A stretch of 63,527 nucleotides of DNA, filler included, from Octopus bimaculoides (taxonomy: Eukaryota), in assembly GCF_001194135.2 (NCBI RefSeq). It is 8 parts of 8 records of this genome, joined end to end, with 100 filler letters (N's around TTAATTAATTAA, not from the genome) between each part and the next. Parts side by side here need not be neighbours in the genome. Positions count along the whole stretch, not along the records: positions 8,141 to 27,034 come from NC_069004.1; positions 27,135 to 43,790 come from NC_068994.1; 6 more parts are not named here. One strand, written 5' to 3'. The translations under genes and the position numbers were made by a program. Under the pieces are notes generated by a model. The model worked only from the letters and a program-made list of their open reading frames with translations. It had not been told where the DNA came from and did not search any database. Each line of letters begins with the position of its first letter. The stretch's first letter is position 1. Positions 26,761-39,821 of the stretch are shown in pieces.

Positions 26761-27034
26761 GAGGCAGGAGTGGCTGTGTGGTAAGTAGCTTGCTTACCAA
26801 CCACATGGTCTCTGGTTCAGTCCCACTGCGTGGCACCTTGGGCAAGTGTCTTCCACTATAGCCTCGGGCCGACCAAAGCCTTGTGAGTGGATTTGGTAGA
26901 CAGAAACTGAAAGAAGCCCGTTGTATATATGTATATATATATGTATGTATGTGTGTGTATATGTTTGTGTGTCTGTGTTTGTCCCCCCAACATCGCTTGA
27001 CAACCGATGCTAGTGTGTTTAGGTCCCCGTAACT
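26761..27034 (+). mobile_element. SINE family 1 (GGAGTGGCTGTGTGGTAAG..CAGTCCCACTGCGTGGCACC..GGAAACTGAAAGAAGCCCG), representative copy
   Basis: At least 12 copies in the window, e.g. 3931-4095(-), 12560-12712(-), 13625-13765(-), 19340-19710, 21820-21990, 22262-22385, 34625-34935, 37796-37952, 49283-49407, 50395-51190; tRNA-like A/B boxes. Confidence 0.88.
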
Positions 27035-27134
27035 NNNNNNNNNNNNNNNNNNNNNNNNNNNNNNNNNNNNNNNNNNNNTTAATTAATTAANNNNNNNNNN
27101 NNNNNNNNNNNNNNNNNNNNNNNNNNNNNNNNNN

Positions 27135-27306
27135 AGAAAGTTGTGGTGAAAGAGTACAACAGGGTTCACCACCACCCCCTGCCGGAGCCTCGTGGAGCTT
27201 TAGGTGTTTTCACTCAATTAACGCTCACAACGCGCGGTGTGGGAATCGAAACCGCAATCCTATGACCGCGAGTCCCCTGCCCTAACCACTGGGCCATTGC
27301 GCCTCC
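27135..27306 (-). mobile_element. SINE family 3 5' part
   Basis: Reverse complement of 35418-35590; truncated by a linker gap. Confidence 0.88.
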
Positions 27307-27774
27307 AAACAGAAGATATACGTCCAAAATAATATTGTATTAATAGATAAATATATAAATATATAAAGTATGATTATTTAAAAAGTTTGAAATATCTTAC
27401 GATCGTTTTATGAATGTATTACCCTTCGAAACGAAATCTAAAATTGATAATCATTATAAGGTAATAAATACATCCACTCGTCAGAGAAAAAGGGTGAATT
27501 TCCGTGCAGTCAACTGAACGCTGTCTCAAAATATATGATAAAGATGTTGTTTAAAAAAAGTTACTGGCAAAGATGTGAGTTGGTGCAAACTTGGGCTAAA
27601 AATAATTTTGAGGAAATAATATACATCTGTGGTAAAATCCTCTGTATTCTCATTGAATATATTTGATTAACTATATATATATACTAATATAGGGTAATAT
27701 TTATGATTAATAATTTTACCAAGTAGTTCGGTAGTTCGGTATATTAAAAGAACCGTTATCGGTAAATTTATACA

Positions 27775-28020
27775 AAAATTCTATAATTATAAGCATAATT
27801 ATAATTAGGGCTCAGCAAAATTGCTTCACCACATACGGAAATTTAGAAATAGTAGTTAAATACTATTCCGCTACCATAATATATCTCCCAGACAGAGATA
27901 TATTATGGAGATGTATTATGGTAGTGGAATAGTATTTTAACTGCTATTTCTAAATTTCGGTATGTGGTGAAGCAATTTTGATGAACTCTAATTATAATTT
28001 ATACTTATAATTATAAAATT

Positions 28021-28022
<2 letters not shown>
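27775..28022. repeat. Long foldback palindrome (about 105-bp arms, about 35-bp spacer) built from a dispersed repeat
   Basis: TTATAATTAGGGCTCAGCAAAATTGCTTCACCACATAC..CTACCATAATA versus its reverse complement; the single-arm copy is at 7425-7530. Confidence 0.85.
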
Positions 28023-28061
<39 letters not shown>

Positions 28062-28734
28062 TTGGCTTTCATGCTCACTTTCTCCCTTTTCATATTACAT
28101 ATTTCTCTTCCTCTTAGTGCCCTTTCTCGATAAATTTTCGTCGTGACCTTACAAGCATTTCTTGCTCAGCGCCGCTAATCTCTATTTGTCACCTGTATTT
28201 GTCAATATTAAAATTAATTAAGATAAAATGCTGAACGGCAAAATAAAACAATGTCTAAATAAAAATATAGCAATAAAATCAAAAGTCAATATCNNNNNNN
28301 NNNNNNNNNNNNNNNNNNNNNNNNNNNNNNNNNNNNNNNNNNNNNNNNNNNNNNNNNNNNNNNNNNNNNNNNNNNNNNNNNNNNNNNNNNNNNNNNNNNN
28401 NNNNNNNNNNNNNNNNNNNNNNNNNNNNNNNNNNNNNNNNNNNNNNNNNNNNNNNNNNNNNNNNNNNNNNNNNNNNNNNNNNNNNNNNNNNNNNNNNNNN
28501 NNNNNNNNNNNNNNNNNNNNNNNNNNNNNNNNNNNNNNNNNNNNNNNNNNNNNNNNNNNNNNNNNNNNNNNNNNNNNNNNNNNNNNNNNNNNNNNNNNNN
28601 NNNNNNNNNNNNNNNNNNNNNNNNNNNNNNNNNNNNNNNNNNNNNNNNNNNNNNNNNNNNNNNNNNNNNNNNNNNNNNNNNNNNNNNNNNNNNNNNNNNN
28701 NNNNNNNNTATATATATACATATATATCGAAACG

Positions 28735-29010
28735 CTTAGTTTTAGAATGGTGGCAGCTGATGAAGGAAATATTCTCTATGTGGCCTGTATGTTTTCTGTG
28801 CTCTATTTATGTTCTGTTTCTCATTTTGTCCACGTTTTTTTTTTGTGACGTCCTATGCCCAGGTATGCATCTATATATACATGTAGATGTAGGTATGTAC
28901 ATAGATGTACGTATATATGCATATACTCACATATCATTTGTATTATATATATATGGGTATCAATATATGTATGTATGCATATATGAATGTATGCATGCAA
29001 GTATCTATAT
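28735..29010 (+). mobile_element. Partial copy of the same repeat as 63250-63480
   Basis: Direct sequence similarity. Confidence 0.7.
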
Positions 29011-29494
29011 ATTTGTGCACGCATGTATGTAGGTAGGTAGGTAGGTATGTTAATTAGTTAATTAGCAAGTTAGTTAGTTCAATGGTGTAAAAGTCTCACT
29101 TTCCTACCTTGCAAGCTGAAATCTAACTCTAGAACACATATTATCATGAAGGTCGTAAGCTATGTGAATTTTTTTTGACAATTTCTGTATGAAATCCAAA
29201 ATATTGTAAATTTATGTGATTGTATTAACTTTTGTTTTTAATAAATCCGCGTAAGGTCGGTTTTGTAAATGTTGCTTGTAATTTATAAATATATTTCTCG
29301 CGAAGTTCTAACTCTGCCGGAGGCAGCTATAAAAGCCATACTATATTCTGGAGACCATCCTTATATTCCATTCACATAGTCAAATTAGATGAAATTCCGA
29401 TGGTTTTTATTTTTTTATTTTCATCTTTTCTGTTTTTATTTGAGAAGTGATATAATAGTAATCTTTTCTACTAAAAGTACAAGACCTGAAATTT

Positions 29495-30125
29495 TAGGGG
29501 AGGAATTCATCGATCCCAGTATTTCGCTGGTACTTAATTTATCGTCCCCGAAAGGATGAAAGGCAAAGTCGACCTCGACGGAATTTGAACTCAGAACGTA
29601 AAGACAAACAAAATGCTGCTAAGCATTTTGTCCGGCATGCTAACGTTTCTGGCAGCTTGCAGCCTTAATAATGATTCTTTCTACTATAGACACGAGGCCT
29701 GAAATTTGAGGGAGGAGACTAGTTGATTACATCGACCCCGTACGCAGCTGGTACTTAATTTATCGACGCCGAAAGGATGAAAGGTAAAGTCAATCTGGTG
29801 GAATTTGAACCCAGAAAATAAAGATGGACGAAATACTGCTACGTATTTGCCCGGCCTGCTAAGGATTCTACGAGCTCACCGCCTTGATGGTAATAATAAT
29901 AACAAAAATAATATCGATATCAAATTTTGGCACAAGGCCAGCAATTTCAGACGAGTGACTATTTCGATTAGATCGACACCAGTGTTCAACCGGTACTTAT
30001 TCATCCCCGAAAGGATGAAAGGCAAAGTCGACATCGGCGGAATTTGAACTCAAGACGTAAAGACGGACGAAATCCCGCAAAGTATTTTGTCCAGCGTGTT
30101 AATGATTCTACCAGTTCGCCACCTT
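29495..30125 (-). mobile_element. Three head-to-tail copies of SINE family 2
   Basis: GAAAGGATGAAAGG(C/T)AAAGTC recurs at about 29550, 29772 and 30010, separated by AAT-rich spacers. Confidence 0.85.
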
Positions 30126-31395
30126 AACGGAATGGTAATAATAACGAAGAGGAAGTGCGGCAAGTAAAAATATTTCGCTACGTAAAAGAATAATTAATAA
30201 AGCGGGTTCCGCATCAAATCAGTCGGATATGAGAAGTGTGTCTTTGTTTATTGACACCGTATGGGGTCTGTGATGATAATGGCCAATTCCTACAGATCTT
30301 TCTCTGTGTCTTTGATCTTTGACCACTTTGCTTGTCTGTGTTGCTTGCTTGCATGCAAGTCGAGATGGATTATTACTTGCAGTACATCAGCGATGCATCA
30401 CGACCACATATGGTCGAGAGCTCGACATTCGTTTGAAGTGTGAATGTGCGTACCGATAAATATACATACATACATACATACATACATGCATACTTACTTA
30501 CTGACGTACATAGACGCGCTAACACATAAGTACATATATACATATATACGTCCGTGCATATATATATATATATANNNNNNNNNNNNNNNNNNNNNNNNNN
30601 NNNNNNNNNNNNNNNNNNNNNNNNNNNNNNNNNNNNNNNNNNNNNNNNNNNNNNNNNNNNNNNNNNNNNNNNNNNNNNNNNNNNNNNNNNNNNNNNNNNN
30701 NNNNNNNNNNNNNNNNNNNNNNNNNNNNNNNNNNNNNNNNNNNNNNNNNNNNNNNNNNNNNNNNNNNNNNNNNNNNNNNNNNNNNNNNNNNNNNNNNNNN
30801 NNNNNNNNNNNNNNNNNNNNNNNNNNNNNNNNNNNNNNNNNNNNNNNNNNNNNNNNNNNNNNNNNNNNNNNNNNNNNNNNNNNNNNNNNNNNNNNNNNNN
30901 NNNNNNNNNNNNNNNNNNNNNNNNNNNNNNNNNNNNNNNNNNNNNNNNNNNNNNNNNNNNNNNNNNNNNNNNNNNNNNNNNNNNNNNNNNNNNNNNNNNN
31001 NNNNNNNNNNNNNNNNNNNNNNNNNNNNNNNNNNNNNNNNNNNNNNNNNNNNNNNNNNNNNNNNNNNNNNNNNNNNNNNNNNNNNNNNNNNNNNNNNNNN
31101 NNNNNNNNNNNNNNNNNNNNNNNNNNNNNNNNNNNNNNNNNNNNNNNNNNNNNNNNNNNNNNNNNNNNNNNNNNNNNNNNNNNNNNNNNNNNNNNNNNNN
31201 NNNNNNNNNNNNNNNNNNNNNNNNNNNNNNNNNNNNNNNNNNNNNNNNNNNNNNNNNNNNTATATATATTCGCTAGCCTGATAGACCCTGCTATGTCAAG
31301 ATGGACTTATATATTCTTCCTCTGCTCTCTCCCACTTGGTTTTAATATGTTGCCACATTTGTAATATGTCTTTTTTTCTACATTTTTTCGTGCAG

Positions 31396-31425
31396 CTGAA
31401 GATTGCTCTTCATATTGCATTTAAG
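31396..31425 (+). other. Candidate 30-nt microexon (LKIALHIAFK in phase 0), gene unassigned
   Basis: Strong polypyrimidine tract + TGCAG acceptor and AAG|GTAATG donor; frame-preserving length. Confidence 0.3.
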
Positions 31426-31510
31426 GTAATGCTCACATTACTTAAATAAATTGAAGTAGCATGAAACGTGCGTACTGCAATCACTTTTGAAATCCGTGTT
31501 GCTTATTATT

Positions 31511-31549
<39 letters not shown>

Positions 31550-31573
31550 CTTACGCACATACACTTGCACACG

Positions 31574-32198
31574 CGAGCTGAGTGTTAGAGAATGAACAAA
31601 TAGCCTGCTTATAAATATATATAAACATATGGGTCTATATCGTCTTACGTATGTAGATGTGTTTCTGTTCTGTCTTATAATTGTCTGTAAGGTATATACG
31701 TAAATATATAATCCTTTTAGTGATAAGGGAAAAAAGTTCGTATGGCAGATTACGTAGCAGCCTCTCAGGGACTGGTGAGAGTAATGTAGAAAATTATCTT
31801 CAACCCGAATGCTTGCCAAAGAGTCCGACGCTCCTTAAGACACCTAAGCCACCAGATGTCAGTGTCAAACCGAGTGCTGCATTAAGTCTACGACGCTAGT
31901 AGACCTTGCTGGGATTTGAGCTCAGAACACAAATAGCCGCAACAAACATCGCAAGGCATCCGGTCCCAGCTTTCTTACATTCCTTGCAAATCCACTACGT
32001 TCGATTTGCATATTTTTATCGATCCCGAAAGGATAAGTAAAGTTGACCTCCACGTAATATGAACTCAGAGCGCAGACTGTCGGAAAGTAATCAATCCAAT
32101 GTTCCATAGCTGTTCTGCCAATTCGCCGTCTTTGCCAATTCACACTCATACGTGTATTTATAAGCAGGCTATTTGTTCACTCTCTAACACTCAGCTCG
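31574..32198. mobile_element. TIR-bounded non-autonomous element (Tc1/mariner-like ends) containing a SINE
   Basis: About 44-bp terminal inverted repeats CGAGCTGAGTGTTAGAGA(A/G)TGAACAAATAGCCTGCTTATAAATA, with TA at the right junction. Confidence 0.7.
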
Positions 32199-33202
32199 TA
32201 TAAAACCGCAAAACTTTTGAAAAGAATATCCAGGAATTTTAAACGAATTTTAAATAACAAACACAGCAGGGAATGAAATAAACACTAAGCGGTTTTACAA
32301 TTTGAAATTCGATATTCTTTGGCATTTTCTTCGTTGGCACAAAGTACCGAAATTACCGCAGAACGATGCAATCAAACCATTTTAATAATTTTGTTATTAT
32401 TTTCTTTCTCTCTTTATGTTTATAAATTCTTTTGAATCATTTGTGCAAGCGTTTTCAAAATCAATGATCATCAGGAGGGACATAGTAGAATTTCATTCTG
32501 AAAACATTCTTTTAAGATGATATTTAGAATGAAAAATTTTCTAAAGAACTTGTAAAAGAGTCCGGTAATTCGGTACGCGATAATTCTTTAGTATTTTTGT
32601 CTCAGAGAAGACAGTCTATGGAAAGACAAGCCAACGAAAGAGAACCTGCATGGAGTCTTTCTCACTGCTAGAAACAAGCACTAAATCTGTCTTAAATCTC
32701 ACCGAAGTAGAGTCTCGTATGAGATGAGGAAAAGGTCTCATTAGAAAATATAGTCCAGTATGTATTATGTATTTATAGATGAGGCGTGGTTACGGATGGA
32801 AAGTTTCCGATTGTAGATCAAGTAAATCTGAGTTGAAACGGAGTTAAACAAGAACAACAGCAGTAGCGGCAGCAACAACGAAAACAGCAGTGGCAGTTGA
32901 AGCAGAGGCGATGACATTAACAGTGGCGGCAGCAGATACAGCAACAGCCGCCATAACTGCAACAGCAGCAACAACAACAATAGCGGTAACAACAGTAATA
33001 GCAACAGCAAATGTATTGAGCTTAATGCGACATCTGCTAGACGAGCGCCTGAGCTGCTAGAAACTGGAATCAATAATGTCTAGTAAAAATAAAGTTCTTT
33101 CTCGAGTCATATAGACAAATAAGACTAGTTTCCCAGTTTTATGGCGTATATATGTTCCTCACCTCGATGGGACATCAGTCCATCGCAAGATTACTCATTT
33201 AA

Positions 33203-33430
33203 GGCGGCGAGCTGGTAGAAACGTTAGCAAACCGGGCGAAATGTTTAGCGGTATTTCGTCTGTCTTTACGTTCTGTGTTCAAATTCCGCCGAGGTCAACT
33301 TTGCCTTTCATCCTTTCGGGGTCGTTAAATTAAGTACCAGTTACGCACTGGGGTTGATGTAAACGACTTAATCCCTTTGTCTGTCCTTATTTGTCCCTTT
33401 TATGTTTAGCCCCTTGTGTGCAATGAAGAA
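33203..33430 (+). mobile_element. SINE family 2 (GGCGGCGAGCTGGCAGAA..GTTCAAATTCCGCCGAGGTCGACTTTGCCTTTCATCCTTTCGGGGTCGATAAA), representative copy
   Basis: Other copies at 54309-54520, 62813-62955, 41005-41190(-), 31905-32135(-), 29495-30125(-, three in tandem), 12960-13070(-), 10890-11010. Confidence 0.88.
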
Positions 33431-33444
33431 ATAACATTACTCAT

Positions 33445-33575
33445 TTTTGCCAACTGAGTGGACTGGAGCAACGTGAGGTGAAGTGTTTTGCTCAGGCACA
33501 TAACACATTACTTGGTCCAGAAATCGAAGCCACAATCTTACGATCATGAGTTCAACACCTTAACCACTAAACCAC
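33445..33575 (-). mobile_element. SINE family 4 (tRNA-headed, ..GTTGTGTCCTTGAGCAA..TTGCTCCAGTCCACTCAG)
   Basis: Copies at 22485-22625(-), 12760-12882(+), 35110-35235(-). Confidence 0.75.
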
Positions 33576-34324
33576 AGTTATTTGAAAATTAATTCTTAAC
33601 ACGTCTAGGTAAGTTGAGGAGCAGAATGTAATGGTCAGTGTTGTGTATGGCATAGATTCACACATTCACAGCTTCACACATTTACGACGACGACAGCGCT
33701 TTCCCAGCATTCTGGAACACCAGTGTTTTGACACGTTGTATCTTGTCAACCAGGGGCAGACGGGAGACGGGACGCTGAGATTAAAAAGAAACGTACTCTA
33801 TCATGTGATTTATAAGCGTTATCTAAAACAAAACATAACATTTAAATGTAAGCAAGTATAAGTTCCATGCTCAGATAGTACAACAATCAGACTATCTTGT
33901 AGAACTTTCCGGTACTCTCCAAGAATCTTTCGGGCTCAACAGAAATATCTGTATAAGATTTCACTTAGGCATATCAATACTAATAGCCTCGTATTAGAAC
34001 TCAGGATACATAAGCTTCAGAACAATGTCTTAGACGAGCACAAATCATAATATGAAATTAAATAATTGACAAAGGAACAGAAATTGCGAAATCAACTTTA
34101 TTGGCTTACAGCTGTTTCTGCTATAAAGTGCAGTACACTCAGAGCTGATTGCTTGTTCATTACCTTATAGCTCCGAGGAAGCTATAAAGGTGATGCATAG
34201 ACACCCAGCTCGGAGTGCGTAGCATCTCATAGCAAAAGCTATCGTTTATGAATGACGTTGATTGCATAATTCTTGTTCCTTTGTTATTTATTTAATTCTT
34301 TAAACACACACCTATATACACATA

Positions 34325-34369
<45 letters not shown>

Positions 34370-35417
34370 TACACACACATATATATCTATATATATTGGA
34401 GGTATATATACATGTGTATAAATATATGTATTATGTGCTGATGTATATAAGATAGCTGCTACAAAGTATTGCGTGTAATAAGGTGTTATACTTCAAAGAA
34501 ATCTGTTAATTGCTTCAATGTTTGTAATCAAAAATAAACATTTGTTTTGTTTATTCATTTATGGCAAAATATCAATTTTTTTCAAAACCAATATATTTGC
34601 ATTTTTTCAATACATTCAAGGTTATGTTGTTAAGAAGCTCGCTTTGCAACCCCGTGGTTTCAGGTTCAGTCCCACTGCGTGGCACCTTAGTCAAGTTTCT
34701 TCTACTATAGCTCCAAGCCGACTAATTCCTTGAGAGTGAATTTGGTAGGCGAAAACTGTATGGAAGCCCATTGTATGTGTGTGTGTGTGTTGATGGTCTC
34801 CCTCTACCACTTGACAAATGGTTTTAGTTTATTTACGTCCCCGTTACTTACCGGTTCGGTAAAAGGGATCGATAGCATAAGTTCTGGGATCGATTTGTTT
34901 CACTAAAACACTTGAAGACAGTCCCATAGCATAGTGCGAGATGTGTGTGTGTGTGTGTGTGCGTGCCTGGGTTATCACCATCATTATCATCATCAACACC
35001 TGGACATTACTCGTTCGAGTCTTAGCACTCACAGGGCCGTTTACCCGGTTTCCATGGCGTATAAGTGAAGGAGATCACAACATCTCGTTTAAACGAGACG
35101 CCACTCCGTCGCATGGTTATCCATTTTCAGCTGAGTAAAAGAGAACAACGTGAAAGGAAGTTGTGGGCTCAAGAACACAACGCACCATCAAGTCTGCGAA
35201 TCGAAATCACAATCAGGCTGTCGTGAGTGCAATGCCGTAACCTCTAGGCTTGACTACTTACTTAAACCTGGCACTCAGCAAACGAGGAAGGAAGACCAAG
35301 CCAACGAAGAAACATCTATGGAGTTAGCCAAAATCCTAGTAACAGCAGCTAAATCTCTTTTAAATCACACTCTACGCATATTTTAGGTTTTATTAGAGAA
35401 TGTCGTCTGTCATGAGT

Positions 35418-35805
35418 GGAGGTGCAATGACCCAGTGGTTAGGGCAGCGGACTCGCAGTCATAGGATCGCGGTTTCGATTCTCAGACCGGGCGTTGTGAG
35501 TGTTTATTGAGCGAAAGCACCTAAAGCTCCACGAGACTCCGGCAGGGGGGGGGGGCAAACCCTGCTGTACTCTTCCACCACAACTTTCTCTCACTCTTTC
35601 TTCCTGTTTCTGTTGTACCTGTATTTCAAAGGGTCATGCCTTGTCACACTCTGTGTCACGCTGAATATCCCCGAGAACTACGTTAAGGGTACACGTGTCT
35701 GTGGAGTGCTCAGCCACTTGCACGTTAATTTTACGAGCAGGCTGTTCCGTTTATCGGATCAACTAGAACCCTCGACGTCGTAAGCGACGGAGTACCAACA
35801 ACAAC
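35418..35805 (+). mobile_element. SINE family 3 (tRNA-headed, about 390 bp, (CAA)n tail), full length
   Basis: A box TGACCCAGTGG, B box GGTTTCGATTC; copies at 62213-62580 and 27135-27306(-). Confidence 0.9.
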
Positions 35806-36252
35806 AGTCTTTCATGAACCACATTAAAAAAAAACAGGATCTTCATGATTAGAAAACATTTAATCAGATATTCCAGCCTTCACTAAAACCACACTGGAAC
35901 TAGAAATACCAGCAGCAACTTAAAACCTTTCCTTTTCTTTTATTTTACCTAATAAATTTTTCATGTCTGCTTTGTGAAGGCTTGACATTAATTACTTGGT
36001 TCCGGCCCCCTTTTACTAATTACGTTATTATGTTCTTCCCCTCGTTACGCTATTGATTAGTCCTCCATTATTTTTTCTTATGCGTCCAGGACCTAAATTA
36101 TTCACAGCACACTTCAATCTGTTTCATTCGTTGGTTGTGGTTTCTGAAACTGTCTACAGAAATCGAAATTGGACTCACACTTCATTCAGAAATAAAACTG
36201 TCTTATAACATTATATATGAAAAGAAAAAGGCTTAAACACAAACATACATCA

Positions 36253-36291
<39 letters not shown>

Positions 36292-37795
36292 NNNNNNNNN
36301 NNNNNNNNNNNNNNNNNNNNNNNNNNNNNNNNNNNNNNNNNNNNNNNNNNNNNNNNNNNNNNNNNNNNNNNNNNNNNNNNNNNNNNNNNNNNNNNNNNNN
36401 NNNNNNNNNNNNNNNNNNNNNNNNNNNNNNNNNNNNNNNNNNNNNNNNNNNNNNNNNNNNNNNNNNNNNNNNNNNNNNNNNNNNNNNNNNNNNNNNNNNN
36501 NNNNNNNNNNNNNNNNNNNNNNNNNNNNNNNNNNNNNNNNNNNNNNNNNNNNNNNNNNNNNNNNNNNNNNNNNNNNNNNNNNNNNNNNNNNNNNNNNNNN
36601 NNNNNNNNNNNNNNNNNNNNNNNNNNNNNNNNNNNNNNNNNNNNNNNNNNNNNNNNNNNNNNNNNNNNNNNNNNNNNNNNNNNNNNNNNNNNNNNNNNNN
36701 NNNNNNNNNNNNNNNNNNNNNNNNNNNNNNNNNNNNNNNNNNNNNNNNNNNNNNNNNNNNNNNNNNNNNNNNNNNNNNNNNNNNNNNNNNNNNNNNNNNN
36801 NNNNNNNNNNNNNNNNNNNNNNNNNNNNNNNNNNNNNNNNNNNNNNNNNNNNNNNNNNNNNNNNNNNNNNNNNNNNNNNNNNNNNNNNNNNNNNNNNNNN
36901 NNNNNNNNNNNNNNNNNNNNNNNNNNNNNNNNNNNNNNNNNNNNNNNNNNNNNNNNNNNNNNNNNNNNNNNNNNNNNNNNNNNNNNNNNNNNNNNNNNNN
37001 NNNNNNNNNNNNNNNNNNNNNNNNNNNNNNNNNNNNNNNNNNNNNNNNNNNNNNNNNNNNNNNNNNNNNNNNNNNNNNNNNNNNNNNNNNNNNNNNNNNN
37101 NNNNNNNNNNTAAGCCATTTGATCATTCGTTCAATAAACACAATGAGATCGATAACATGAAATTAAAATTTTTTTTTTTCCAAAAACCAATTACGATAAT
37201 TGTTAATGAACGGTTCTCTCTATGCATTAAATAAGATGGAAAGATAGAAAAAGAAAAGTTAAGTTTAGAAAGAAACACTTGTCACGGAAACAACACTTGT
37301 TGTTGTTGTTGTTGTTAGCGTTGTTATTTTAAGTGGGCCGAAATAAAAAATTCCCTACAAAAAAAAAAAATGAAAAGAATGGAAATAAATTAAAACATTT
37401 TTTTCTCAAAAATTAGGCTAAGGGGCCAACGCCCACAAAATATGTTTCAAAAATAAATCAGGCATACGCATAACCGCATGATTAAGAAGATCACTTTACA
37501 ACCACGTGGTTTTGAGTTCCATCTGATGGCGCAGAATCTTGGTTTACTACAAAACAAAGTTTACTACTAAGGTACTATCTCATTCTCTCTCCGTCGATAT
37601 TATAGATCACTGTTATGTCTCATTCTACCTCTGATGATGGAAAGGATCACCATTACGTGGATAGCTGCTGCTTGCTTTACACAATATGCATTATCTGTAC
37701 ATCGGTTCTTGAAGCAGCAGTAAGAGGCTTTGTGCACACATATTTACTTCCATCTTATGATCTCTACTCATGTAAGAACTTAATCATCATGTTTA

Positions 37796-37952
37796 GAGTG
37801 GCTGTGTGATAAGTAGCTTGCTTACGAACCACATCGTTCCGGGTTCAGTCCCACTGCGTGGCACCTAGGGCAAGTGTCTTCTACTATAGCCTCGGACCGA
37901 CCAAAGCCTTGCGAGTGGATTTGGTAGACGGAAACTGAAAGAAGTCCGTCGT
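37796..37952 (+). mobile_element. SINE family 1 copy
   Basis: Matches 26761-26925. Confidence 0.88.
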
Positions 37953-37953
37953 A

Positions 37954-37999
<46 letters not shown>

Positions 38000-39778
38000 T
38001 GGCATATATATAAACATACATATATNNNNNNNNNNNNNNNNNNNNNNNNNNNNNNNNNNNNNNNNNNNNNNNNNNNNNNNNNNNNNNNNNNNNNNNNNNN
38101 NNNNNNNNNNNNNNNNNNNNNNNNNNNNNNNNNNNNNNNNNNNNNNNNNNNNNNNNNNNNNNNNNNNNNNNNNNNNNNNNNNNNNNNNNNNNNNNNNNNN
38201 NNNNNNNNNNNNNNNNNNNNNNNNNNNNNNNNNNNNNNNNNNNNNNNNNNNNNNNNNNNNNNNNNNNNNNNNNNNNNNNNNNNNNNNNNNNNNNNNNNNN
38301 NNNNNNNNNNNNNNNNNNNNNNNNNNNNNNNNNNNNNNNNNNNNNNNNNNNNNNNNNNNNNNNNNNNNNNNNNNNNNNNNNNNNNNNNNNNNNNNNNNNN
38401 NNNNNNNNNNNNNNNNNNNNNNNNNNNNNNNNNNNNNNNNNNNNNNNNNNNNNNNNNNNNNNNNNNNNNNNNNNNNNNNNNNNNNNNNNNNNNNNNNNNN
38501 NNNNNNNNNNNNNNNNNNNNNNNNNNNNNNNNNNNNNNNNNNNNNNNNNNNNNNNNNNNNNNNNNNNNNNNNNNNNNNNNNNNNNNNNNNNNNNNNNNNN
38601 NNNNNNNNNNNNNNNNNNNNNNNNNNNNNNNNNNNNNNNNNNNNNNNNNNNNNNNNNNNNNNNNNNNNNNNNNNNNNNNNNNNNNNNNNNNNNNNNNNNN
38701 NNNNNNNNNNNNNNNNNNNNNNNNNNNNNNNNNNNNNNNNNNNNNNNNNNNNNNNNNNNNNNNNNNNNNNNNNNNNNNNNNNNNNNNNNNNNNNNNNNNN
38801 NNNNNNNNNNNNNNNNNNNNNNNNNNNNNNNNNNNNNNNNNNNNNNNNNNNNNNNNNNNNNNNNNNNNNNNNNNNNNNNNNNNNNNNNNNNNNNNNNNNN
38901 NNNNNNNNNNNNNNNNNNNNNNNNNNNNNNNNNNNNNNNNNNNNNNNNNNNNNNNNNNNNNNNNNNNNNNNNNNNNNNNNNNNNNNNNNNNATATATATA
39001 TATATACATGTTGCTATCATGTTAAACTGTCGTAAGTCCAAATTTGGCCAAATGCGTCTTTTTTTTCAATATTTATTTTTGCTTGCAATAGCCGGTTCTT
39101 CTGGTCAAACTATCATATATCCATGTACTTCAGATACCAAGATATCGACAATTGCCATTGAGTAGTACAACGGATGTGCTGTGGTACAATCAAACCATTT
39201 TTCAGTTTTCTGGAAAAGCAACGTTTTGGAAAAGCAACGACACTTTTGCATAATAGCAACGCTATGTATATAATCGGGTGTCTGTGTTGGTCCCCTCACC
39301 CTCGTTTGACAACCGATATTTGTGTGTTTACATCCCTGTAACTTAGCGGTTCGGCAAAATCCCGGTAGAATAAGTACTAGGCTTACAAGCAAAAGGTCCT
39401 GGGGTCGATTTGTTCTAAGACATTCCATTTTCGACCACCAAATTTTATTGGGCGGCATGTCTACGACTCCATTAATCCAAAGTGTTTTTTCTTTAAGACT
39501 GCAAGGTCTGATGTGAATAAAATTCTACTACTATTTCAAGCACACTGATTGTCCACGTAGAGACTCTCTCGTTAGCTGTTGTGTGCTGTCTGGTTGTTAA
39601 GCCTAGACTATAAAACTTGAAACATTAGCTTCAGTTATGATCTGTGTTTATATTATATATTAATTAGAGAGACCTGTAGAGAGGACGATAGATAAATAGA
39701 TAAATAGAGAGAGAGAGAGAGAAGTACATAAATACTCACATATGTATGTATATATACATATATATGTGCATGTGTGTA

Positions 39779-39821
<43 letters not shown>

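Noticed and set aside
28141-28170. VTLQAFLAQ peptide resembling the expected next MPND exon (LQAFPC)
   Set aside because: No proper acceptor and no PC/CR continuation; chance match.
28730-28770. GAAAC..GTT..CTGATGA as a circularly permuted hammerhead (also about 63260-63300)
   Set aside because: Stem I and stem II pairings cannot be formed convincingly in either copy.
29495-30125. Regularly spaced repeats resembling an array
   Set aside because: They are three tandem copies of a common SINE, not a repeat-spacer system.
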